37,959 bases of DNA from an uncultured Bacilli bacterium (lineage in GTDB: Bacteria > Bacillota_I > Bacilli_A > RF39 > UBA660), in contig CANRGD010000004.1 of assembly GCA_947630105.1 (NCBI GenBank), positions 1 to 37,959 of the forward strand. The letters are read 5' to 3'. Below, piece by piece: positions 1-7,717 of this stretch (position 1 is the stretch's first letter; the number at the start of each line of letters is the position of its first letter). The notes beneath the pieces are model-generated. The model was not told where the DNA came from. It searched no databases and saw only the letters and a list, made by a program, of their open reading frames with translations. Position numbers and translations under genes: made by a program.

Positions 1-1
1 A

Positions 2-2365
2 GCGCAAAATATATTAGCAAATAATAAAATAAGTGTAGAAGAAATGAATCAACAAATTGGAAATATTACTTCTCAAATAGAACGTTATACGGAGTTATTA
101 GAAATACAAAATTCTACAGAGTATCAAGAATATGTAAATAATAAATTAGCTCCATATTCAGAAGAAGTAAGATCAAAATTTGATTCAGTTGAACAAGAGT
201 TAGAAAATTTAAAAGCTTCTCCTATTATTCAGGCATATGTATTATCAGATTCTGACATACAAAATTTATTTAAAGAGGCTAATCATCAGGATTATTTTAA
301 TACTTTTAATATAGATTCATTATCTAATAATTTACAGAAAATGTTTTCTAATGTTCTTACTGGTAATGAAGTTGCAGAAATTTTAAATAATATAATTATT
401 GTTCCAGAAAGTCAATGGGAAGAAGTTTCTAGAAAGCATAGAAGAAGTGGAATGTCTTCTATAGCAGGATTTGTAGATGAAAATTATAATGTCTATTTAC
501 CATCTAATGCAAATATGCATACAGCAATGCATGAATGTTTACATATGGCTTCTCAATTAGCACGACAAAAAATTTATGATGCCAATGGTAATTTAAGAAA
601 ACAAACAGGAATTAAGGAATTTTATCAAGATGGAAGTAATACTAACATTGCTGATGAAAGTTTAACAGATTATTTAGCATCAAAATATGATGATCAAAAA
701 ATATATAATTCAACTTATGGTAAATCTAATGTATTATTATGGAATAGACTTGATAATGCATTGACTAAAATTACTGGAAATAGTGATGCTTTATTAGAGT
801 TATATGTAAAACATGATACTAACTTTTTACGTGAGTTTTTTGATAAATATTGTACTGAAGGAAGTTATGACGAATTTGCATTGGGTATGAATGATTGGTA
901 TAAAAATGATAATTTCTTGGAATCTATGATTGAGTCTATTGAAAAGTCAACAAATCCATCAATTTGGTCAAGAATTAAATCTAAAATATTAAGTTTGTTC
1001 AGTAAGAAGGAAAGTAGTAATGTCGAAACTAATAGTAATAGTGTAGTTGAAAATAATGATAATGTAGAAGAAATTTTTAAGTCTCTACAGAGTTTAGTAA
1101 ATGCTATAAATTATGATGGTACTTCAAATGGATTAGATGTGTTGGCACAATATTATACATATGGAGAAGCTGGATTGTTAAATCAATCACAAACTGTAAT
1201 TAATTATCTTAATTCTATTCCAAGAGAAATTGTGGGTGAATATTTAACAAGCGAAGAAGCAAATAATTCTTATAATAGTAGTAGTAATAATGTTGAATTA
1301 TCAACTGATTATTTATTTTCTCAATTAGATCAAGTTGTTAGTATAATAGATAATAAGACAGGTAATGGATTACAAGCTTTACAAAAATATGTAGAAACAG
1401 GTAATTTAGCAGTAATTACTAGAACTGAAAATTGTAGGAATATAATAAAAACAGTACCTATAGATATTATTAGACAATATTTGAATAATTCTACAAGTAA
1501 TAATAGTTATGCTACAAATAATAATAATGATTATGCTACGAATAATAATAGTTATGCTACAAATAATACTAACTATGTAACCGATTTAAATAGTTTTTTA
1601 AATAGTATTAATAATCCTATTGCTAATTATGCTAATTTAGATAAAATTTTAAGAGCTTATCTTAATTCTAATGGTTCATTGTATAACTCTTTTGTTTCGG
1701 CACAAACTACAAATCCAAAGTCACCTCCAAATGAAATGCAAATTAATAATTTTAGAAATCGTTTTAATAATAATGATTATCGTATACAACATCAAAATAA
1801 TGCTTTTGTGCATATAAGAACAAATGATTATAGTACTTCTTTAATACGTCATCGATTATATATTAATATGGAGTATGGGGATGCCTATGAATTTGCTATA
1901 AAATTTGCTAATAAATGTGAAGAAAGAGGAATACCATTTTATTTTAAAACTACACCATTTTATATGGAGTACGATCAATTTTCATTAAATAGAGATGAAA
2001 GTATTGTAATATATTCTTATGATGAATATTTAGCAGACTATGCTAATATTTGTGAAGAGATAAGAGCGGAAAATTCTAATATGCAAATACTTTCTCCGCC
2101 AATTTTTTCAGGAGTATATAATGGTTGGATAGGTTATGGTATGGAAGAAACAAATGCTAAACATTCTTATAATACAATACGTACTTATCTTGTTTCTGCA
2201 GCTATACATGAAACAATGAATAAGTATAGTAATTATTCTATGGTTTATATTTTGGGTAATTCAGAATTGTATACTAATTTTTTAAATGATTTATATGCTG
2301 AAATTAGGCGTTTATGTCCATATTATAATGTTGATGTAAATAGTTTTAGTTTATCAACAAAATAG
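2..2365 (+). CDS. Large multidomain protein, probably 5'-partial: coiled-coil N-region, HExxH zincin-like motif, two paralogous ~70-aa modules, Asn-rich linker, C-terminal HopA1 / lanthionine-synthetase-lyase-like domain (tentative)
   Basis: The frame of ORF 44..2365 has no stop back to nt 2. ATG 44 lacks the strong SD seen before every other gene here, so the true start is probably upstream of the window. HECLH (HExxH) is encoded at nt 530-544. Modules at ~1067-1290 and ~1291-1525 align (F..L...V..I..T.NGL..L..Y...G...I...(I/V)P..I...YL.....NNSY). 'RLYINMEYGDAYEFAIKFANKCEERGIPFYFKT...NRDESIVIYSY' (nt ~1850-2020) resembles the HopA1 / LanKC-lyase pattern as I remember it. This is unverified. 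Confidence 0.7.
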   Translation, partial: AQNILANNKISVEEMNQQIGNITSQIERYTELLEIQNSTEYQEYVNNKLAPYSEEVRSKFDSVEQELENLKASPIIQAYVLSDSDIQNLFKEANHQDYFNTFNIDSLSNNLQKMFSNVLTGNEVAEILNNIIIVPESQWEEVSRKHRRSGMSSIAGFVDENYNVYLPSNANMHTAMHECLHMASQLARQKIYDANGNLRKQTGIKEFYQDGSNTNIADESLTDYLASKYDDQKIYNSTYGKSNVLLWNRLDNALTKITGNSDALLELYVKHDTNFLREFFDKYCTEGSYDEFALGMNDWYKNDNFLESMIESIEKSTNPSIWSRIKSKILSLFSKKESSNVETNSNSVVENNDNVEEIFKSLQSLVNAINYDGTSNGLDVLAQYYTYGEAGLLNQSQTVINYLNSIPREIVGEYLTSEEANNSYNSSSNNVELSTDYLFSQLDQVVSIIDNKTGNGLQALQKYVETGNLAVITRTENCRNIIKTVPIDIIRQYLNNSTSNNSYATNNNNDYATNNNSYATNNTNYVTDLNSFLNSINNPIANYANLDKILRAYLNSNGSLYNSFVSAQTTNPKSPPNEMQINNFRNRFNNNDYRIQHQNNAFVHIRTNDYSTSLIRHRLYINMEYGDAYEFAIKFANKCEERGIPFYFKTTPFYMEYDQFSLNRDESIVIYSYDEYLADYANICEEIRAENSNMQILSPPIFSGVYNGWIGYGMEETNAKHSYNTIRTYLVSAAIHETMNKYSNYSMVYILGNSELYTNFLNDLYAEIRRLCPYYNVDVNSFSLSTK

Positions 2366-2381
2366 AGAGGAGTTTTAAAGT

Positions 2382-2675
2382 ATGTCAATGAAAGTAAAAA
2401 TAAGAAAGGTAGAAGAAATTACAGATATTAGTTTAGATAAGTTAAAATATCTTCAAGTATCAGCCTATTCTATTTTAGAAACTATAGATAGTATATATTT
2501 ATCTAATGAGAAAAAAAATAATATTTTACAAACGATTTCATTCTTATTTATGTCTTTTAATATTCCAGAAGAAAAAACAGCTGAAAGAGATCTTAAATAT
2601 ATAATTGTTGCTTGTAATTTTATTCAAAAGTATTTTTTAAATATGAAAAAGGGGGAAAATGATAATGCAAGGTAA
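2382..2675 (+). CDS. Hypothetical small protein (97 aa), no TM segment or signal peptide seen
   Basis: ORF with SD GAGGAG 9 nt upstream, 16 nt after the stop of the preceding gene. No recognisable motif. Confidence 0.6.
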   Translation: MSMKVKIRKVEEITDISLDKLKYLQVSAYSILETIDSIYLSNEKKNNILQTISFLFMSFNIPEEKTAERDLKYIIVACNFIQKYFLNMKKGENDNAR

Positions 2676-2904
2676 TGTTTCTTATCAATATAAAGTAATA
2701 CTAGAAAATAATCAACAGTACTATATTACTTTAGAAACATATATAGAAAATGATAAATATTGGTATTTAATGAATTTAGAAAATAATGATGATATTTTAA
2801 TTGCTAAAGTAAATGATCAAGAAATAGAAATTATTGATCAACCTGAAGAATTAAGTAAAATTATTAATAAAATAGCAAAAGAAATGAAAGTATTTTTTGA
2901 TTAA
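2659..2904 (+). CDS. Hypothetical small acidic protein (81 aa); weak DUF1292-like pattern
   Basis: ATG overlaps the end of the previous ORF by 17 nt, consistent with translational coupling. The acidic C-terminal 'DILIAKVNDQEIEIIDQPEELSKI' loosely recalls DUF1292 proteins. This is low-confidence similarity. Confidence 0.55.
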   Translation: MIMQGNVSYQYKVILENNQQYYITLETYIENDKYWYLMNLENNDDILIAKVNDQEIEIIDQPEELSKIINKIAKEMKVFFD

Positions 2905-2926
2905 TATAAGTATGTAGGTGAATTGT

Positions 2927-3442
2927 ATGGACTATGAAGAATTTTACAAACAAATGCATGAATATTTTATTACTTCAATTAAAACAAAAAACAAGGCCTT
3001 AAAAGATAAAATTATTAACATTTTTGAAATTTGGTATAAGAAAGAAAAAGAAGAGAAAATTAAGCAAGCTATTAAAAATAAAAATGGTGAAGCTTTAATG
3101 GCTATTGCTGAAGAAATAAAAAAATTAGCTGATAGTGATGATATAACAAAGTTAAAAAATACTTATATTGATACTAATTTTAATAAAATGCTTGATTTAT
3201 CAAGAGAAATATATGAAAAAGTACAAATGCAAATAGAACAAGGTGTCTTATTAGATGAAAATAAAATAAAGTATTATAAAGATAGAATAAGCTCTTTAGA
3301 AAAAAGTATTTCTCCTTTATTTAAAGAAGAATTTTTACAGGAAAAATCAGAATGTGATTTAGATTTAGATTTTTTAGCAAACAAAGGACAAGTAGATATT
3401 TTTAGTAAACGTGTTTTTAGAATTTTAAAAGTTGAAAAATAA
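2927..3442 (+). CDS. Hypothetical Lys/Glu-rich helical protein (171 aa from ATG 2927; ORF track starts at GTG 2918)
   Basis: AGGTGA SD at 2915-2920 lies 6 nt before ATG 2927. GTG 2918 sits inside that SD. No conserved motif recognised. Confidence 0.6.
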   Translation: MDYEEFYKQMHEYFITSIKTKNKALKDKIINIFEIWYKKEKEEKIKQAIKNKNGEALMAIAEEIKKLADSDDITKLKNTYIDTNFNKMLDLSREIYEKVQMQIEQGVLLDENKIKYYKDRISSLEKSISPLFKEEFLQEKSECDLDLDFLANKGQVDIFSKRVFRILKVEK

Positions 3443-3515
3443 ATATGTTAAGGATCTTATTAATAATTATGTTAGCTTATTAAATTTAAATATGGTAGAA
3501 TTATTTTGGGTGGTT

Positions 3516-3824
3516 ATGATGAAACTTGAAGAACAATTTCAGTATTTAGTTGGAGGATATTTTGGAGTAGAACTTTTAGATGAATACGACTTAAAAATTT
3601 ATCTTTTAAAAGATATTGAAAAATATATCATTGATTTTTTGAATGCTAATCCCATAAAAGATTTTGATTATATAAATGAAGCTAAAAAAATTAAAGATAA
3701 ATTATCAGAAAAAGAAAAATTACAAGATGCTTTACTGATATTAAATTTAATGGATGTTCAAATGCAAGTTATTTTTTTAATAAAAAAAAGATTAAAAAAA
3801 ATGAATGCAAAAGTTAATATATAA
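3516..3824 (+). CDS. Hypothetical small protein (~102 aa; ORF track extends to TTG 3432)
   Basis: The in-frame ATG ATG at 3516/3519 is preceded by GGGTGG. The TTG 3432 extension overlaps the previous gene and has no SD. No motif recognised. Confidence 0.5.
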   Translation: MMKLEEQFQYLVGGYFGVELLDEYDLKIYLLKDIEKYIIDFLNANPIKDFDYINEAKKIKDKLSEKEKLQDALLILNLMDVQMQVIFLIKKRLKKMNAKVNI

Positions 3825-3857
3825 TTTAAAAAGAGATAGTATATAAGGGAGGATTTT

Positions 3858-4682
3858 ATGAAGAAAATAGGGAAAATAATTTTTTTAGTTTTATTGGTTT
3901 TTTTATGTAATGGTTGTAATGGTACTATTACTAGAAATATTCGGCATGCAGGATTTAATCTAAGTTCTAATGAATTTATTTGTGATGAGTTATTACCTAA
4001 GAAAGATAGTACTAATTTTTTAAAAATGAGATATTTTATGGGTAATTTGGCAATTATGGATGATGGAAGTATTTATGAAATTTCATTAGATAAAAATTTT
4101 TCTAATAATAAGAATTGTAGAAAAGCAGCTACTAATTTAGGTGTAGTTTCTATTTTTGATTCAGTTTTTAAATCAAATGATGGAAATATTTATAGTTTAG
4201 TGGCTTCTAATAATAATCAAGCATATAGTGCTGTTACTAGTGCGGATAGTAATTATAATTTGTATAAATTATTATTGGGGGATAATAATATTATAAAGGT
4301 ACAAACAGTTGATAATAATGGTTCTTATTATGTATTAAAAAATGATGGAAATATTTATAATTATAATATTTCTAATAATGAAAATAATAATTATACTATT
4401 TTAAGTAGTAGTATTGTGTATGATAAAAATAATTATGGGGGAAGTAATATAATAGATTTTAATTATGCAGGTAAATCACTTAATACTTTTTTTAAAACTG
4501 AAGATAAAGTTTATAGAATGTATAATACTAATCGAGATTCTTGTAATAAATTTGCAGATGTTCCATGTGAATTTGAATTGAAAAATGATGAAATTTTTAC
4601 TACTTATAAAGATAAAATATTAGCATATAATGGAAGTATGCTTATAACTACTTATGGAAATGAATTTACAGTTTCTTCTTAG
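3858..4682 (+). CDS. Putative lipoprotein / secreted protein with repeated DG(N/S)IY motifs (possible beta-propeller)
   Basis: N-terminus MKKIGKIIFLVLLVFLCNGCNG is a signal peptide with Cys near the cleavage region. SD is AGGGAGG. Recurrent motifs: DDGSIYEIS, NDGNIYSLV, NDGNIYNYN, EDKVYRMYN. Confidence 0.7.
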   Translation: MKKIGKIIFLVLLVFLCNGCNGTITRNIRHAGFNLSSNEFICDELLPKKDSTNFLKMRYFMGNLAIMDDGSIYEISLDKNFSNNKNCRKAATNLGVVSIFDSVFKSNDGNIYSLVASNNNQAYSAVTSADSNYNLYKLLLGDNNIIKVQTVDNNGSYYVLKNDGNIYNYNISNNENNNYTILSSSIVYDKNNYGGSNIIDFNYAGKSLNTFFKTEDKVYRMYNTNRDSCNKFADVPCEFELKNDEIFTTYKDKILAYNGSMLITTYGNEFTVSS

Positions 4683-4715
4683 TAGTTCTTTTTCTTTTGT
4701 GAGGTGATTAAATAA

Positions 4716-5582
4716 ATGTTAATTTCTGAAGAGTGGGAAGATTATGAAATAATTGATGCTGGTAGTGGGTATAAATTGGAAAGATGGAATAATATTTATC
4801 TTTTAAGACCTGATCCTCAGATAATTTGGGATGATAAAAATTTATTTGAAGATAGAAAAATAGATGCAATATATTATCGAAGTAATAAAGGAGGAGGCCA
4901 TTGGGAAAATAAGCATAATATTCCTGCTAGTTGGATTGTTACTTATAAGAATTTAAAATTTAATATAAAACAAATGGGATTTAAACATACGGGATTATTT
5001 CCAGAACAAGCAATTAATTGGGATTTTATGCAACAAAAAATTAAAAATTCTAAGCGTAAAATAAAAGTATTGAATTTATTTGCTTATACTGGTGGAGCAA
5101 CAGTTGCTTGTTTAGCAGCTGGGGCTAGTGTTTGTCATGTTGATTCGGCAAAAGGAATGATTGATTGGTGTAAAGAAAATGTAAAATTAAATGGATTAGA
5201 AAATTCTGAAGTAAGATATTTAGTGGATGATGTTGTAAAGTTTGTCAAAAGAGAAATTAGAAGAGGGCATAAATATGATGCTATTATAATGGATCCACCT
5301 AGTTATGGTAGAGGAGCAAATGGAGAAGTTTGGGATATAGAAAAAGATTTATATAATTTAGTAACACTATGTTGTAATGTTTTAAGTGATAATCCTTTGT
5401 TTTTTCTTATAAATTCTTATACTACGGGGCTATCTTCTAAGGTCTTAGAAAATTTATTGAAAGGAACAGTAAATAGAAAGTTTATAGGAAAAATTTCCTG
5501 TGGAGAGGTTGGATTACCTATTAAAAAAAATAATTTAGTATTACCATGTGGAATTTATGGAAGATGGGAAAGTAATGAATAA
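4716..5582 (+). CDS. Class I SAM-dependent methyltransferase (RlmI/RlmK C-terminal-like, PF10672-type)
   Basis: SAM-binding motif I 'VLNLFAYTGGATVACLAAGA', 'VDSAK', and 'YDAIIMDPPSYGRG' (DPP(S/T)F/Y catalytic-type motif). Confidence 0.85.
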   Translation: MLISEEWEDYEIIDAGSGYKLERWNNIYLLRPDPQIIWDDKNLFEDRKIDAIYYRSNKGGGHWENKHNIPASWIVTYKNLKFNIKQMGFKHTGLFPEQAINWDFMQQKIKNSKRKIKVLNLFAYTGGATVACLAAGASVCHVDSAKGMIDWCKENVKLNGLENSEVRYLVDDVVKFVKREIRRGHKYDAIIMDPPSYGRGANGEVWDIEKDLYNLVTLCCNVLSDNPLFFLINSYTTGLSSKVLENLLKGTVNRKFIGKISCGEVGLPIKKNNLVLPCGIYGRWESNE

Positions 5583-6234
5583 ACTAAATATATTATATGA
5601 AGATAATCATATTATTGTTGTAGAAAAACCAATAAATGTTTTAAGTCAAAAGGATAATACAGCTGATCTTGACTTATTTACAATGACAAAGAATTATATA
5701 AAAGTTAAGTATAATAAGCCAGGAAATGTATATTTGGCACTTATTCATCGATTAGATAGGCCAGTAGGAGGAATAATGGTTTTTGCTAAAACTTCAAAAG
5801 CGGCAAAAAGACTTAATGATGATTTTAAAAATCATTTGATTACTAAAAAATATTTGGCTATTTGTTATAATAAATTTGAAAATATTGAAGGAACATATAA
5901 AGATAAAATATTAAGAATTGATAATGGGAATAGTATAATTTCTGAGAAGGGAAAAGAGGCAATATTAAATTATAAAGTTATTAAATATAATGAGAAAAAG
6001 AATATAAGTTTAGTTGAAGTTACTTTGGAAACAGGAAGACATCATCAAATTAGAGTTCAATTTGCTCATCATAATCATGCTTTATGTGGTGATCAAAGAT
6101 ATGGAATACAAGATAAAAAACAAATTTGTTTATATGCCTATAAACTAGAACTAATTCATCCAATTACAAAGGAGAGGTTAAAGTTTACTTTAAAGCCCCC
6201 AAAAATAAGTTTTTGGACAGAATTTACATTGTAA
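5575..6234 (+). CDS. RluA-family RNA pseudouridine synthase (no S4 domain)
   Basis: 'HRLDRPVGGIMVFAKTSKAAKRL' carries the catalytic Asp motif, and 'GRHHQIRVQFA' is present. ATG 5575 overlaps the upstream stop (ATGAATAA). The ORF track alternative start is 5548. Confidence 0.9.
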   Translation: MNKLNILYEDNHIIVVEKPINVLSQKDNTADLDLFTMTKNYIKVKYNKPGNVYLALIHRLDRPVGGIMVFAKTSKAAKRLNDDFKNHLITKKYLAICYNKFENIEGTYKDKILRIDNGNSIISEKGKEAILNYKVIKYNEKKNISLVEVTLETGRHHQIRVQFAHHNHALCGDQRYGIQDKKQICLYAYKLELIHPITKERLKFTLKPPKISFWTEFTL

Positions 6235-6258
6235 AGATATGTCAAATAAAAAATATAT

Positions 6259-6287
6259 TTGCAATCAGTATGTTTTTTTGTTATTAT
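6259..6287 (+). promoter_or_regulatory. Candidate sigma-A promoter for the Pro/Val-rich protein gene
   Basis: TTGCAA (6259-6264), 17-nt spacer, TATTAT (6282-6287), about 35 nt upstream of ATG 6323. Confidence 0.35.
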
Positions 6288-6322
6288 TAATATAGATTAT
6301 AGAATAGAGGGTGTAGATTATT

Positions 6323-7282
6323 ATGAATTTTGATTTAGGTTGGTTTTTAACTATACCAGGAATGTTAATTACTGGTGGAGTTATTTTATTAATTATAGCT
6401 TTAATAATTTTAATTGTTACTTCAGCAAAAGCTAAAAAAGAGAAAAAAAGTGAAGAAGCAAATGGAGGAATTGGTAATCAATCTTCAATTCCAGGTCAAG
6501 TTGTCGGTGTAAATAATCAAGGAATGGACAATCCAATGAATATGCAACCAGGATTAAATAATATGACTATGGGTGATGCTCCTGTTATGACTAATCCTAC
6601 TCCTCAAGTTGATATGGCTCAACAATCAGCACCAATGATGGAACCTGTGCCAGTTACTTCTGTAGTAGAAGCAGCTCCTGTTAATTCAGAAGTTGCCCCA
6701 GTTGCTCCTGTAGTAGAAACAGCTCCTGTTGTTAGTCCAGAAGTTGCCCCAGTTGCTCCTGTAGTAGAGCCAGTTGCTCCTGTTGTTAGTCCAGAAGTTG
6801 CTCCAACTATTCCTGTAGTAGAACCAGTAGTTCCTGTTGTTAGTCCAGAAGTTGCCCCAACTATTCCTGTAGTAGAACCAGTAGCTCCTGTTGTTAGCCC
6901 AGAAGTTGCTCCAACTATTCCTGTAGTAGAACCAGTAGCTCCTGTTGTTAGCCCAGAAGTTGCTCCTGCAGTAGAAGCAACAGCTCCTGTTAGTCCAGAA
7001 GTTGCTCCAACAAATGCTGCTCCTGTGATATATGGTGGAGCTAATCCAGCAGTTACAGATATAAATATTAATCAAAATTCTACACATCAAATATATGGTG
7101 GTGCAGATCCATTACAAAATACACAACCACTACCAGCAGTTGCACAAGCTTCTACAGATACAGCTCCTGTTAACAGTACACCTACAATTCAATCTTCAAC
7201 ACCAGTAATTGAGCCATTAGGACAACAAGCATCTATTCAAACACCACCTTCTGAAGTTTCGTCAATTCCAGTAGGACAGTAA
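6323..7282 (+). CDS. N-terminally membrane-anchored Pro/Val/Ala/Glu-rich repeat protein (surface spacer-like)
   Basis: TM helix '[27 protein letters not shown]' followed by KAKKEKK. Then 18-aa tandem repeats [18 protein letters not shown] and a Q/T/S/P-rich tail. No LPXTG motif. Confidence 0.85.
   Translation: MNFDLGWFLTIPGMLITGGVILLIIALIILIVTSAKAKKEKKSEEANGGIGNQSSIPGQVVGVNNQGMDNPMNMQPGLNNMTMGDAPVMTNPTPQVDMAQQSAPMMEPVPVTSVVEAAPVNSEVAPVAPVVETAPVVSPEVAPVAPVVEPVAPVVSPEVAPTIPVVEPVVPVVSPEVAPTIPVVEPVAPVVSPEVAPTIPVVEPVAPVVSPEVAPAVEATAPVSPEVAPTNAAPVIYGGANPAVTDININQNSTHQIYGGADPLQNTQPLPAVAQASTDTAPVNSTPTIQSSTPVIEPLGQQASIQTPPSEVSSIPVGQ
6680..7010 (+). repeat. In-frame 54-bp tandem repeat array (about 4 near-identical copies plus degenerate flanking copies)
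   Basis: Copies start at 6734, 6788, 6842 and 6896, with a diverging copy at 6950. Copies B-D differ at only 2-3 nt. A shorter 48-nt degenerate unit lies at ~6686-6733. Confidence 0.9.
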
Positions 7283-7313
7283 TTAAATATTTAAGTTTAA
7301 TATAACTTTTATT

Positions 7314-7347
7314 AAAAAAAAGAATAGCATTTCAATGCTATTTTTTA
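7314..7347. terminator. Bidirectional rho-independent terminator between convergent genes
   Basis: A-run 7314-7321. Perfect 8-bp stem AATAGCAT (7323-7330) / ATGCTATT (7335-7342) with loop TTCA, followed by a T-run. It lies 40 nt after the + gene stop and 36 nt after the rpmB stop. Confidence 0.7.
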
Positions 7348-7382
7348 TATTTTATTTTAAATGCTTAAAATAAAAAAAGCAA

Positions 7383-7565
7383 TTATGCTGCTTTTTCATT
7401 CTTTAATAAAGTTCTTTTCTCTTTAGTTGAAATTCTTACTTTAGTACCATCTTTTTTTCTAAAGACTTGTAAATTAAGATTTTGGGTACTATTAGTTGTA
7501 TTTCTAGCATGAGAACGGATTCTTTTTTTATTATTTGGTTTTCTATTTGTAACATTAACAGCCAT
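7383..7565 (-). CDS. rpmB: 50S ribosomal protein L28
   Basis: 'RSHARNTTNSTQNLNLQ...VRISTKEKRTL' matches the L28 signature (N-x-x-SHA-x-N-x-T-K-R...PNLQ...V(R/W)VS-x-x-x-(L)RT). SD is AAGGAGG. About 60 aa. Confidence 0.85.
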   Translation of the reverse strand: MAVNVTNRKPNNKKRIRSHARNTTNSTQNLNLQVFRKKDGTKVRISTKEKRTLLKNEKAA

Positions 7566-7669
7566 ATTCTTCCTCCTTTGGTCATTTCTTTTGCTTTATA
7601 ATTTTAACATGGATGTATATAAAAGTCAAATTAAAGTGTATAATTAAATTAGTTATTTAATATTTAATT

Positions 7670-7697
7670 TTGTGGAAAAAAATATTTTTGATAAAAT
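7670..7697 (+). promoter_or_regulatory. Candidate extended -10 promoter upstream of dnaE
   Basis: TTGTGG (7670-7675), 16-nt spacer, TGaTAAAAT (TG at 7689-7690, -10 at 7692-7697). A perfect TATAAT also sits at 7639-7644 without a good -35. Confidence 0.35.
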
Positions 7698-7717
7698 ATA
7701 CTTGAGGAGGTATTGTT

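Noticed and set aside
1498-1575. Short DNA repeat AATAATAGTTATGCTACAAAT (x2) in the first gene as a possible regulatory or mobile repeat
   Set aside because: It is in frame and encodes the Asn-rich SYATNNN microrepeat linker. This is low-complexity coding sequence, not a separate element.
6680-7010. Possible CRISPR array because of regular direct repeats
   Set aside because: The repeats are contiguous with no spacers, have a period of 54 nt, are in frame within a long ORF, and no cas genes are nearby. This is a coding tandem repeat.
6686-7090. 134-aa minus-strand ORF (Trp/Asn/Arg/Tyr-rich)
   Set aside because: It lies entirely antisense to the 54-bp repeat array. Its periodic sequence is just the reverse-complement reading of the Pro/Val repeats. 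It has no SD and an implausible composition.
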